From IMG/VR virus record IMGVR_UViG_3300042560_002469: 64,000 nucleotides of DNA. One strand, given 5' to 3'. The notes under the pieces are model-generated. The model was not told the DNA's origin. It saw nothing but the letters and a program-made list of their open reading frames with translations, and made no database searches. This document shows, one piece after another, positions 36,025 through 45,370 of the stretch; within the stretch, counting starts at the first letter, position 1, and each line of letters begins with the position of its first letter. A program made the translations under genes and the position numbers. This DNA is from an uncultured virus (IMG/VR IMGVR_UViG_3300042560_002469) (Duplodnaviria; Heunggongvirae; Uroviricota; Caudoviricetes).

Positions 36025-36213
36025 ATGTTTGATGACCTTCCAGCTCCCTTCATGGTAGGTGCCATAAAAATTTGGCCTTGCATGAGCAGACCAGGTTTTT
36101 CTTGGTTCATTGCTTACGAAGGCAAGCCGCACTATTTCAAGACCAAGCCAGAAGCAGTTCTATTTGCCAAGGACGCACAAAGCGGAAGTGATCCTGAAGG
36201 CCTTTGTGACTAG
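36025..36213 (+). CDS. Hypothetical protein
   Basis: 62-aa ORF. Confidence 0.5.
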   Translation: MFDDLPAPFMVGAIKIWPCMSRPGFSWFIAYEGKPHYFKTKPEAVLFAKDAQSGSDPEGLCD

Positions 36214-36286
36214 GAAAAGAACCAAAGTTTTTGCGCTAGTCTGCTTTGGTTAATCGCTGGCCCGCTAGGCGGGCTTTTTGTGTCTC

Positions 36287-37735
36287 ATGAAGCTCAAGGA
36301 ACAAGCGAAATGTGAAAAGATTGCCCGCACAGGGCGAGTTCAAAGCTGGATGGACGAAGCGGATGGCAGATTGCCAGTGAGTTGCACGGTGTTCGTGGTT
36401 GATGATTCGATGGAAGGGGAAAACGGCATTGAAGCATCGTGGCGCTTTGTTTCTCATGGCTTGCGCAACGGTGCAGGCGTGGCGGTGCATTTGTCAGAAC
36501 TGCGTGGCAAAGGAGAAGAAAATGGAAAGGGACTTGTGGCTAGTGGCCCTATCAGCTTTGGCAAGATTTATTCCACGCTGAATGAAATTCTTCGCAGAGG
36601 CGGGCGCTACAAAAACGGCGCTGTAGTTTTGCATTTGGACTATACGCATCCTGACATTCTTGATTTCATCAAGGCCTCCAGACAAGAACTGCCATGGGTG
36701 AAGAGGTGTGTCAATGTGGACGAGAATTTTCTTAACAATGCCTCGCAGGAGTTAGTTGACGAGCTTTTGAAAGGCATTGCTTCTGGCGACATTTGGCTCA
36801 ACAAAATTCGGTACGATCAAGAAGGAAAACGCATTCGTGCCAATGTCTGCCTTGAAGTTTATCTTCCTCACCGTGGCACTTGTCTTCTTCAGCACGTCAA
36901 CATGGGTGCTTGTGGCATCGATGAGATAGAAGCAGCTTTTATCGAGGGCATGAAGCAACTGTGCGAGCTGCATAGCGGCACGGGCGTTGGTGACACGGGC
37001 GAATACCTTTCCCCTTCCATTGACAAGCAAGTGGGCCTTGGTATGCTTGGTCTTGCCAATTTCCTCGCCCTCCATGGCATCTCTTACGAAGATTTCGGCA
37101 AGGCTTTGGAAGCGCTGAATGACGATGATCCCCATCCCTGGTGCCACCATTGGCATGAAAAGCCCGCAGGAAGGGCCGCAGCAGCCATTCGTGATGGTAT
37201 TGAGGCCGCAGCAAAGATTGCTCGCGAGCATGGCATGCATCGTGCCTTTTGCATCGCTCCCACCGCCTCTTGTTCCTACCGCTATCTGGACAAAGCTGGC
37301 TTTACTACTGCTCCTGAAATCGCCCCTCCCATTGGACGCCTTGTTGACCGGGATTCCGGCACTTTCGGAGTGGAAAGTTTTGACTATGGAGAAGTAGAAA
37401 TTGCAGGCGAAGTGGGCTGGTCCAGTTATTTAACCGTTGCCAATGAACTGGTTCGGCTGTACCAGCAAACAGGCCTTTTCCATGGCTACAGTTTTAATAG
37501 CTGGAGCGATGTGGTTGTTTACGACCGCAAGTTCCTGAAAGACTGGCTCGCCTCGCCGCAAACCAGTCTTTACTACTCGCTGCAAGTTCTGCCAGATACG
37601 CAGCGCAAAGACGATGCCTACGCGGCATTGGACGATTCCTTTAAGACCATGTTTGGCCTCGATGACAACGAGGCCGAGGGAGAGGCTGTCTCTTGCGGCC
37701 TGGATGCTGGTTTTTGCAGCGCTTGTGCCGAATAG
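36287..37735 (+). CDS. nrdA: Ribonucleotide reductase alpha subunit (cyanophage P-SSP7-like class I)
   Basis: 'RLPVSCTVF', 'GLVASGP', 'NVCLE', 'IAPTASCS', 'TSLYY', C-terminal C..CSAC; followed by ferritin-like beta subunit. Confidence 0.85.
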   Translation: MKLKEQAKCEKIARTGRVQSWMDEADGRLPVSCTVFVVDDSMEGENGIEASWRFVSHGLRNGAGVAVHLSELRGKGEENGKGLVASGPISFGKIYSTLNEILRRGGRYKNGAVVLHLDYTHPDILDFIKASRQELPWVKRCVNVDENFLNNASQELVDELLKGIASGDIWLNKIRYDQEGKRIRANVCLEVYLPHRGTCLLQHVNMGACGIDEIEAAFIEGMKQLCELHSGTGVGDTGEYLSPSIDKQVGLGMLGLANFLALHGISYEDFGKALEALNDDDPHPWCHHWHEKPAGRAAAAIRDGIEAAAKIAREHGMHRAFCIAPTASCSYRYLDKAGFTTAPEIAPPIGRLVDRDSGTFGVESFDYGEVEIAGEVGWSSYLTVANELVRLYQQTGLFHGYSFNSWSDVVVYDRKFLKDWLASPQTSLYYSLQVLPDTQRKDDAYAALDDSFKTMFGLDDNEAEGEAVSCGLDAGFCSACAE

Positions 37736-37759
37736 AAAACTCTCCACAATTCGTTCGTA

Positions 37760-37784
37760 AGGGGGGACTTACTCCCCCTTTTTC
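37760..37784 (+). terminator. Hairpin plus T-tract between RNR genes
   Basis: AGGGGGGA-CTTAC-TCCCCCTTTTT. Confidence 0.55.
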
Positions 37785-37810
37785 ATTCCCTTTCCATCGC
37801 ACTATCAAGA

Positions 37811-38551
37811 ATGGTCGCCGTCGAAAACTCGCCTTATTTGTCAATGATCGCCAAAAAGCGCCCTTGGCAAGCCGTGCCCGTGGACAAAGGCATGCTTGTC
37901 GATGGCAGCGAAGAAACCCTGTTCAGAGCCCTTGCCCTGCGCCATCTAGAGCTGCCTGTTAAGGATTTTCTTCAGCAAGGTCTCGAGCGCGATCTTCCTT
38001 CCACTCCTGGCGTGGTGGAAGCCTTAATTCACAACCAAGAGGACGAGGCCCGTCACGACGAGGCTCTTAATTATGTGGCTGCCGCCCATGGCACTGACGC
38101 TAAGGCAGAAAAGGAGGTGATGAACATTCTTAAAGCTTGGAACGATCATCCTGCCCACCCCATCCTGAAGGCTTCAGTATTGGAGCGCAGCTTGTTCTTC
38201 GTGATCCTGCCCTTTTTCCGATTCAATGGCGACATTGGCATTCGTACTGTTAGTGCCGACATTAGTCGCGATGAAATCACTCACGTTGGAGTGCATAGCC
38301 TCGTGGCCCGCGAATTGAACGAGAATGCTGGGCAAAGCTTGAATCAGCTTCGTCGCGCCACTGCCCTGTGGATTTTTGACAGGCTTGGCAAGAACGAGAA
38401 TAAGTGGCTTGATAAGGATTTCTGGCTGCGCCAAAGCGACAACTTGTTTGAGCGTGGCAAAGCGGAAGAGCTTGCCGATACACAACACAGTCGGATGCCA
38501 TCTTTCTTTGAGGCTCCCAACACTAGCCTGCCTTCCTATGGACGAGCTTGA
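37811..38551 (+). CDS. nrdB: Ribonucleotide reductase beta subunit (ferritin-like)
   Basis: Di-metal motifs 'DEARHD' and 'ISRDEITHV', 'LERSLFF'; adjacent to alpha subunit. Confidence 0.75.
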   Translation: MVAVENSPYLSMIAKKRPWQAVPVDKGMLVDGSEETLFRALALRHLELPVKDFLQQGLERDLPSTPGVVEALIHNQEDEARHDEALNYVAAAHGTDAKAEKEVMNILKAWNDHPAHPILKASVLERSLFFVILPFFRFNGDIGIRTVSADISRDEITHVGVHSLVARELNENAGQSLNQLRRATALWIFDRLGKNENKWLDKDFWLRQSDNLFERGKAEELADTQHSRMPSFFEAPNTSLPSYGRA

Positions 38552-38604
38552 GCTATAGTGGCCCTACGGTTTGAACTTGGTACTTGCCATGCTGAGGACC
38601 GTTC

Positions 38605-38670
38605 GGGGAAGCTAAGACAGCGTTAGGCCATAGAGCCTAGAAGAGCAGGGTGCAATTCCCGGCATTCCCC
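38605..38670 (+). other. Degenerate tRNA-like structure
   Basis: GGGGAA/TTCCCC acceptor-like stem, TAGGC/GCCTA stem with 6-nt loop, GGTGCAATTCC T-loop-like segment. Confidence 0.3.
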
Positions 38671-38703
38671 CTTTGCTACATTGGAAACCCCGCTTTTCCT
38701 GCA

Positions 38704-39264
38704 TTGAGCGCCTTTATCACGTCAGATCTGCATCTTGGTCATTCCAAGATTCTGGACTTCGACGCGCCAGACGGCTCGCCAATGCGTCCCTTCTCTTCGC
38801 TCGAGGAAATGCATGAAGAACTACGAGAACGCTGGAACAAGAAAGTCCATCAGAAAGACAATGTGTACGTTTTGGGCGACGTAGCTTTTTCCAACACTGC
38901 TTTAAGGCTTTTGGAGGGCTTCAATGGGAGAAAAGTGCTTATTGCTGGCAACCACGACCGCCTTCCAGCCAAGCTTTATCTTCAATACTTCGACGACATT
39001 CGCGGAGCATATTTTCACCATGGTGATAGCACCATGCTTGGCGGGCTTATCTTCACTCACATTCCAGTGCATCCTGGTGGTATTGTTGGCCATTATCGAG
39101 GCAACGTCCACGGCCATCTTCATTGTCACCTTGTCCACACAGAAGATGGGCAAGTGGACACAAGATATTTCAACGCTTGCTTGGAGAGAAACAACTTTGA
39201 ACCGGTAGCATTGGAAGACATCAAGGCTTATTTCAAAGCCAATGGACGAGCGTCGGACGTTTAA
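38704..39264 (+). CDS. Calcineurin-like metallophosphoesterase
   Basis: 'SDLHLGH', 'LGDV', 'GNHD', 'THIP', 'HGHLH'. Confidence 0.9.
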   Translation: MSAFITSDLHLGHSKILDFDAPDGSPMRPFSSLEEMHEELRERWNKKVHQKDNVYVLGDVAFSNTALRLLEGFNGRKVLIAGNHDRLPAKLYLQYFDDIRGAYFHHGDSTMLGGLIFTHIPVHPGGIVGHYRGNVHGHLHCHLVHTEDGQVDTRYFNACLERNNFEPVALEDIKAYFKANGRASDV

Positions 39265-39439
39265 CACGCCAGTTCGTTCGCGCTGGAATGCGCCCATTCA
39301 CAACTGTTTAAAAGCTATTGACGCCCATATGGAGCTTTATTTCCTCCATCGTGACCCTTGGCACCTAGAAAAAGCGGAAATGTTGCGAGGGTATCTCCAT
39401 GAACTAAAAACTTACATTCACAAACAAGAGGGAAGATAG
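39242..39439 (+). CDS. Hypothetical protein
   Basis: 'NTPVRSRWNAPIHNCLKAID'. Confidence 0.65.
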   Translation: MDERRTFNTPVRSRWNAPIHNCLKAIDAHMELYFLHRDPWHLEKAEMLRGYLHELKTYIHKQEGR

Positions 39440-39465
39440 ATTAAGGGGGCATCGCTTGTTTAGCT

Positions 39466-39624
39466 ATGACCTTGCTTGTATATCGAGGTGTTCCCTATTG
39501 GGCTGAAGAAGAGCACCAAGCTTTTTCGGACTGGTGGAACCTGCTGCATTTGCCCTCTCGCTGGCTTGTCTATCGCGGACAAAAATACCGCCCCTGTCAG
39601 ATTGACAAGAGCGGCTGGATGTAG
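39466..39624 (+). CDS. DUF4278-like small protein (52 aa, two YRG motifs)
   Basis: MTLLVYRGVPY...WLVYRGQKYRPCQ. Confidence 0.7.
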   Translation: MTLLVYRGVPYWAEEEHQAFSDWWNLLHLPSRWLVYRGQKYRPCQIDKSGWM

Positions 39625-39627
39625 TCT

Positions 39628-39729
39628 TCAGGCTACACAAGGGCGGTAGCCGTAGATTGAAGCCAACTGCGCCTGATGAAGCCTTGCGGCTTTCAGGAGC
39701 TGCAGCTTCACAAGCATGAGCTTGTTCAC
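39628..39729 (-). CDS. 33-aa peptide downstream of riboswitch
   Basis: GTG start after GGAG: MNKLMLVKLQLLKAARLHQAQLASIYGYRPCVA. Confidence 0.6.
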   Translation of the reverse strand: MNKLMLVKLQLLKAARLHQAQLASIYGYRPCVA

Positions 39730-39744
39730 GAGCGTTTCTCCATG

Positions 39745-39800
39745 GTCCCCACCTCCCGTTCCGTAGGTGGCTTACATGCGCCCCTCCAGGGGGTGAACGT
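39745..39800 (-). ncRNA. Glutamine-II (Downstream-peptide) riboswitch
   Basis: CGUUCA-CCCC UGGA GGGG-CGCA...CCACCU-ACGGAACG-GG-AGGUGG: P1 CGUUC/GAACG, P2 hairpin, pseudoknot CCACCU/AGGUGG, then a short ORF. Confidence 0.75.
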
Positions 39801-40163
39801 CTTGTCAGTCTATCAAGGCAAAGATGGTTGAAGAATGAACAGAGTGTTCCCGCATTAGGGAATCAATGGAGTGCGGCTCCAACACTCTGTCGGAAGAGAC
39901 CTAGCGCTTCAACTCGCCTGATCTTGAACGGAATCCACAAACGAAGCCAGCATGGACGATCGTGCTGGTTAAACCGTTGGCCAACGGGCTTCTGCAGAAA
40001 GCTCAAGAAGCATAGCACTATTTCAGGGCTTACTAACAAAAGAAGCTCCAGTAGACGGCAGCCCCTTCCGCGAACAGTCTTCTATTGACGTAGCGAGCCT
40101 CGTGAAATGGCACTCTGAGCTCATGCCTCTTGCCATGGAGGCTGTAGCACAAACAGACCATGG

Positions 40164-40400
40164 CTAGGCGTCGTAGTCTTTGCAGCCAGCACAATCGGGA
40201 CAGTCTTTGCAGCGCTTCTGCCAATAATCGCTTTCGTTGCCAGTGAGAGAGCGATAATCTTCCAGAAGGTGTTCGTAAGCGGCTTTTGCCAAGCGGCTTT
40301 CTTCGCTGAGGGGGCCAAAGTTTTTGCCTGCCTCCTCCACGGCCTCGGCCGCTTTCATCGCCCAGGCAAGGGCGTCTTCGGCAGCAGCGGAGAGAACCAT
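40164..40400 (-). CDS. Hypothetical protein
   Basis: C-terminal 'CKDCPDCAGCKDYD'. Confidence 0.55.
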   Translation of the reverse strand: MVLSAAAEDALAWAMKAAEAVEEAGKNFGPLSEESRLAKAAYEHLLEDYRSLTGNESDYWQKRCKDCPDCAGCKDYDA

Positions 40401-40421
40401 GGGAATAACATTTTCTCCAGT

Positions 40422-40604
40422 TTACTGCTGTCCCATCTTCTTGCGCTTTAGCTCTTTATGCGCATCTTCTAACTTGGGAAGCAATGAAGGACGATACGCA
40501 TGCTCGGCGGCAAGCAATTGGAGGGCAGTTTGTCTGTCTGCCGTTAAAAGAGCGCAAAGGAAAGAAAGCTCTTCAAACGATAGGTTAATGTTTGTCATTT
40601 TCAC
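40422..40604 (-). CDS. Hypothetical protein
   Basis: 60-aa ORF downstream of TerL. Confidence 0.5.
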   Translation of the reverse strand: MKMTNINLSFEELSFLCALLTADRQTALQLLAAEHAYRPSLLPKLEDAHKELKRKKMGQQ

Positions 40605-40662
40605 TGCCAGCCAATTTTCAGCAAAGTGGAAAAAGGAATAATAGTGAAAATTCTACAGGCGG

Positions 40663-42036
40663 TTATCGCACGAGACTGTTTAACCAGTCAATGTCGTTAT
40701 CTTTTGATGCCTCCAAAATAGCCGCAGCTAGCGCAAATGCATAGTCGTCAACTCCCACTTCTTTGCCTCCAGTTACCGCCCATTGTCCGCTTGCCCTGTA
40801 AATGACGCTGAGATTTTTTAGTTGAGAAATTGCTTTTTGATGGGGATAGAGTTCGATCAGGCCAGCGTTAAAAAGCTCTTTCATTTTGCTGAAGGCTTTC
40901 ATTTTCGTACTAACAGACCAGGCAAGCTCTGCAATAGGAAAATCCTTAGAAAGATTTTGAATGATAAAGCTGCTGTTGAACTGGTCAAGGACAATACTTT
41001 GAAACTCGTAAATGCGATGGTGCTCCTTGATCCATTCCTCTACTTTCGCCATATTAACTTCTTTTTTGCCGCCAATTTCAAAGTCAGGTTCAAAGGCGTG
41101 AAACTTGTCCACGACTAGCCTTGTGCCCTCGTAATGCACAATACAAGCTGTGTAATCGTCCCTGCCCACACCTCCCCTGGCGGGGTCCAATGAAAGCACA
41201 TAGGTGCCAGTAAATTCCTTTTCTGGAAAAAGGACGCTTCTCTCTTTGTTGATTGCTGCATCTATGATTTCAGTTGCAAGCAGGGCTGTATTGTTCTTGG
41301 CAAACTGAGCGCCATACTCCACCCAGAATTTGTCGGGATCTCTTTTGAGTTCAGCATCAAGAAATGGGCATCCCCACGGCAAGTTGACATTGACCTCCCA
41401 AGTTGGGAGATTCACTGCTTGCATAAAAGGAAACTCTCCAGACTTGGCCTCGCAGTAATGCTGGTAGAAAAGGCCGTCTGTGAGCCAAGGCGAAGAAAGC
41501 TCAAGAATGCGGCCGTGCTGACCAAACTGAGCAATGGACGGAGAGAGAGCTTGATAGATGGCAGATGCGCCACGGTTTGCATCGCCCTCGATCGCGAAGC
41601 TGAGCTCATCAAGTATTAAGCAAACAACGGCTTTACCGCGAGAAGCACGAGCAGATGCTGGGATAGCTTGGAAAACACAGTTATTGCTGATTTCAATTTC
41701 GGTGGCAGTTTCCCTGACAATTTCATTTCCCAGTGGACTATCCGACAACAATTGACGAATATTATTTAGCGCAAGCTTTGCTTGGCTTTGGTCGTTTGCG
41801 ATAGTAAGAATGTACCATTTTTCTGACTTTCTTACGCGGCGTTTATAATGATGTTCTAAAACAAAACAAACATAAAGGGCCGCAATAGCGGCCATTAAAG
41901 TTTTGCCACAACGCCTTCCCAGTGCCCACACGGCATGAGTCTTGTCGCCATCGAAATAAGAATCAAGAATTCTTCTCTGCGCCGGCCACAAGTCAAGCTT
42001 GAGCACGTGCGCTGAGAATTCGCTACACGAAAGCAT
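40663..42036 (-). CDS. Terminase large subunit
   Basis: Walker A 'GRRCGKT', Walker B 'LILDE', 'LSSP', nuclease 'SLDPA...DD'. Confidence 0.9.
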   Translation of the reverse strand: MLSCSEFSAHVLKLDLWPAQRRILDSYFDGDKTHAVWALGRRCGKTLMAAIAALYVCFVLEHHYKRRVRKSEKWYILTIANDQSQAKLALNNIRQLLSDSPLGNEIVRETATEIEISNNCVFQAIPASARASRGKAVVCLILDELSFAIEGDANRGASAIYQALSPSIAQFGQHGRILELSSPWLTDGLFYQHYCEAKSGEFPFMQAVNLPTWEVNVNLPWGCPFLDAELKRDPDKFWVEYGAQFAKNNTALLATEIIDAAINKERSVLFPEKEFTGTYVLSLDPARGGVGRDDYTACIVHYEGTRLVVDKFHAFEPDFEIGGKKEVNMAKVEEWIKEHHRIYEFQSIVLDQFNSSFIIQNLSKDFPIAELAWSVSTKMKAFSKMKELFNAGLIELYPHQKAISQLKNLSVIYRASGQWAVTGGKEVGVDDYAFALAAAILEASKDNDIDWLNSLVR

Positions 42037-42038
42037 GG

Positions 42039-42749
42039 TTATTTAGTCTTTTTCAAAATCTTTCCGGTCCATCCCTTGTGCTGCTTGGCCTTTCCGTGGA
42101 CCACTCTATTCAAGGAGCAGTTTGACAGTCCGTATTGCTTTGCAAACTCAAGCAAGTTTTCAGTAATATAAACTTCACCCATCGGATCAAGTAATTCGTA
42201 TAAATATTTTTGGCCGCGAAGTTTGCTCTGAATCTGTCCCATTGGAGTGGAAAGATGGGCCGTGATTGCCGCACTTATTTTCGCCTTGGTTTCTTCTGAA
42301 TGCATCTTGCCCCACATGGGGTTTTTGCTGCCTCTAACGGCATCCCCTCCCGCATTGGGGTTTTTATTGCCTTGCCAGCGCCCCTCTCGTGTCCTTGCTT
42401 CAGAGGATACCTTCGACATTTTAATGCGTCGTTCCAAGGAGACAATCGCTCCACTCAGGCCCTCTCCTCCATCGCAACGATTACGAAGAATTCCAGTGCC
42501 CTGATCAAGTCGCCCATACGTTTTAATGCAATATTTTTCCAACGCAAAAGCTTCGTTTTCGGTCAGGCCTTCTTGAACAAAAACAATTAAAGCCCTGTCC
42601 TTTGGAACCGGACATGTTCTTTTCTGCTTGGAAAACATTCGATAGCCGCTGCCTTTGCCTATGTAGTAGGGCGAATATTTTTTACCGTTGCAAGAGTCAG
42701 AGCCTCTTAAATATGCGTAAACGTAGAACCGTCGTGGATTGCTAGTCAT
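42039..42749 (-). CDS. GIY-YIG homing endonuclease with NUMOD3
   Basis: 'FYVYAY...PYYIGKG', 'ILRNRCDGGEG', 'NPMWGKMHSEETKAKIS'. Confidence 0.85.
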   Translation of the reverse strand: MTSNPRRFYVYAYLRGSDSCNGKKYSPYYIGKGSGYRMFSKQKRTCPVPKDRALIVFVQEGLTENEAFALEKYCIKTYGRLDQGTGILRNRCDGGEGLSGAIVSLERRIKMSKVSSEARTREGRWQGNKNPNAGGDAVRGSKNPMWGKMHSEETKAKISAAITAHLSTPMGQIQSKLRGQKYLYELLDPMGEVYITENLLEFAKQYGLSNCSLNRVVHGKAKQHKGWTGKILKKTK

Positions 42750-43231
42750 AGCAATGTCTCTATTGGACGCAGATTTGTTTTTTCTATGAAATAAGCGGGC
42801 CTGCCTCTAGCCGGATCTGCCCAATATTGCTCCTGCATAGCTTCGTGACCATAGCACCAGCCATGGATGAGAGTCTTTTGGTTCTCAATGGTCACCAAGA
42901 CAAATTTCTTTCGAGGATCCTCGTGCCTTTGCACGATCAAATCGTATTTGTGCTTGCTTCTGGTTTTCACATCAATACCTGGCAAGTCGTCCGAACCGCG
43001 CTTGGCTTCTACTTCTTTGTAAAGCTCATGCTTCAAGCCAAGGTAACTGGCTACAGCCATTTCTCCTGCTGCGCCAAGCAAATGCACTTCCAAGGCCTTG
43101 TCTCCAAAGCGTGGCCCCTTATTCCGGCCACGAAGTCCCTTGGCTTCATTGACGAACTGTCTCCTATGTCCCTCCTCCATCGCCTGCTTTCTTTCCTCTG
43201 CGGAGAAGACGAATTCAATGGGCGTGGGCAT
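42746..43231 (-). CDS. Hypothetical protein (possible restriction-endonuclease-like fold)
   Basis: 'GAAGEMAVA...DDL..IDVKT'. Confidence 0.6.
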   Translation of the reverse strand: MPTPIEFVFSAEERKQAMEEGHRRQFVNEAKGLRGRNKGPRFGDKALEVHLLGAAGEMAVASYLGLKHELYKEVEAKRGSDDLPGIDVKTRSKHKYDLIVQRHEDPRKKFVLVTIENQKTLIHGWCYGHEAMQEQYWADPARGRPAYFIEKTNLRPIETLL

Positions 43232-43297
43232 AAAGAACGAAAACATCGCTCCAATGGTAGCCACATTTAGAATGATTGCAAGCCTGTTGTGTGAACG

Positions 43298-45370
43298 ATG
43301 TCTGAAGAAGTGGTGGATCTTGGTCATGCATCCGTTGGTGGCTTGCGAAATGACGGACTGGCCAATGCTTTGACAGGCATGGGCCTTGCCGGGCGTGACA
43401 AGAGCATGTCCACCCAGACACAGCCAATTGTTTTTCTGGCACAAGAAGAGCTCGAGGGGCTTTATGGGGAGTGGCTGCCGCGAAGGATTGTCGATATTTA
43501 TGCAGAGCAGGCCACTCGCAAGGGTTTCAAGGTTTTGTTCGGCGGCGAGGGAGCCGCTGCCGAAGAGGTGGTGGGCATCGAGCAAGTGATTGAGGATTTG
43601 TACATTCTTGAAAACTTCATGCTTGCCTCTAAGAATTCCAGGCTCTATGGAGGTTCGGTCATCCTTCTTTACATTGACGATGGTCGTCCTGCCGATCAGC
43701 CCGTCGACAAGAGTCGCATTTATGCGGTGGAGGGCATGGAAGTATTGGACAGGTGGCAAATTGCTCCAATTATTAACGAAGACAATTTGTACGACTATTC
43801 CAAAGCAACTTACTATCAAATTATTTCTGGAGACCTTATCAATCAGCCACAGCTAGTCAAGATTCACAAAGACAGAATTTTGCGCTTTGATGGCGACTGG
43901 CTCCCCTATCGCATTAGACAGAGAAACTATGGGTGGGGAATGAGCAGTTTGCAGACTATTTACGAAAGCTTTAAGCACTATTGGACCGGTCTAAATAGCG
44001 CCGCCACCTTGTTGTGCGAGTTTGACATTTTTGTCCACAAAATTCGTGGTCTTTCTCAAATGCTTGCAGCAGGAAAGGAGAAGGATGTGCGAGATCGTTT
44101 GGTGCTAAACGATATGAGCAAAAGCGTTTATCGCGGCTATGCAATTGATGCAGAAAAAGAAGAGCTGGAATTCATCAGCCGAAATTTTGGCGGCGTTGGG
44201 GAGATCTTGGAAAAAATGCGCGTTGACATTATTGGCGCCTCAAAAATCCCGCACACAGTGCTGTTTGGCGAAAGTCCTAGCGGTCTTGGATCTACGGGGC
44301 GCAGCGAAGAAAGGGATTTTGCCAAGACGCTTGCCGACTACCAACAATCCACTTTCCATCGTCCTTTGAAGAAGCTGATGACCTACATCATGCTCAGCAA
44401 GACGGGACCAACGCAAGGCAGAATGCCCGAATCTTGGCGCATTTCGTTCAACAACTTGTTTGAGCTTAATGAACGAGAAAAGGCTGACGTGAGAGCTCGC
44501 GTGGCGGCCGTAGATGGGCGGTACATTCAGCTTGGCGTGCTGAGTCCCAAGGAGGTGGCAGATGCCCGTTACGGAGGCTCTGAGTGGTCAATGGAGCTCA
44601 CTCTCGATCCGTCTGTGGTGCGCCAGCTTCCTACTCAGGGAGGGAGTGGTTCCACTCAGAGCGGGGGTGGCTTGGCCGTGCCTCCCGGTGGCCGTGACCC
44701 CATGAACGAAGAAAACGGCACTCTTCCCATGGATGGAAGCAGGGAAGTGGAGGATTCCGCTGGCCTGTTCCTTCCTCGGGACTTGGAGAAGGTGCGTGGC
44801 GATGTTGAATTCAAGGACAAGGATTTGCATCAGCAGGCAATTGCCGCAGCTAAAGCGAAGTTCAAAGTGTGGCCCAGCGCCTATGCCAGCGCCTACATGG
44901 TTCAGAAATACAAAGAGCTTTACGAAAGGAAGCATGGCAGCGGCAGTGGCTTTAAGGGAGACGATGGCGATGTCAACTACGACGATCTGGATAAATGGTT
45001 CAAAGAGGAGTGGGTGAGGATTGGCGCCAATGGGGAGATCCTTGGAGAATGTGGCGGGCGCGAGGAAAAAGAAGGAAAGCCCAAGTGCCTTCCCAAGGCA
45101 AAGGCCGAGGCCATGAGCAAAGAAGAGCGTGAGACAATCGTTGCTCGCAAGCGCAAGGCCGACCCCAATCCAGATCGCAAAGGAGCTGCAAAGATGGTCA
45201 GCAGTAAAGTTGATGCGATCGAGCCGGTCAAGGTTGAAGGCTTGATGCTTGGCGATATTGACGAAGCCTCTTTCATCAGCGAAGCCGATGTAGACGCAGC
45301 GCTGCAGCAATGGAAAGAGGAAGCCCCTGAGCGGTTTAAGGATCTCCTGGAAGCCGACGATGCTGAATGA
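43298..45370 (+). CDS. Portal protein (DUF1073-type) with an extra basic C-terminal domain
   Basis: 'RLYGGS', 'IHKDRILRF', 'WGMSSL', 'IPHTVLFGESPSGL'; extra 'FKVWPSAYAS...WFKEEWV...C..REEKEGKPKCLP' segment. Confidence 0.85.
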   Translation: MSEEVVDLGHASVGGLRNDGLANALTGMGLAGRDKSMSTQTQPIVFLAQEELEGLYGEWLPRRIVDIYAEQATRKGFKVLFGGEGAAAEEVVGIEQVIEDLYILENFMLASKNSRLYGGSVILLYIDDGRPADQPVDKSRIYAVEGMEVLDRWQIAPIINEDNLYDYSKATYYQIISGDLINQPQLVKIHKDRILRFDGDWLPYRIRQRNYGWGMSSLQTIYESFKHYWTGLNSAATLLCEFDIFVHKIRGLSQMLAAGKEKDVRDRLVLNDMSKSVYRGYAIDAEKEELEFISRNFGGVGEILEKMRVDIIGASKIPHTVLFGESPSGLGSTGRSEERDFAKTLADYQQSTFHRPLKKLMTYIMLSKTGPTQGRMPESWRISFNNLFELNEREKADVRARVAAVDGRYIQLGVLSPKEVADARYGGSEWSMELTLDPSVVRQLPTQGGSGSTQSGGGLAVPPGGRDPMNEENGTLPMDGSREVEDSAGLFLPRDLEKVRGDVEFKDKDLHQQAIAAAKAKFKVWPSAYASAYMVQKYKELYERKHGSGSGFKGDDGDVNYDDLDKWFKEEWVRIGANGEILGECGGREEKEGKPKCLPKAKAEAMSKEERETIVARKRKADPNPDRKGAAKMVSSKVDAIEPVKVEGLMLGDIDEASFISEADVDAALQQWKEEAPERFKDLLEADDAE

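Noticed and set aside
42039..42749. Intron- or intein-associated endonuclease in the terminase
   Set aside because: TerL is intact from its own ATG; the endonuclease is free-standing with no flanking intron core
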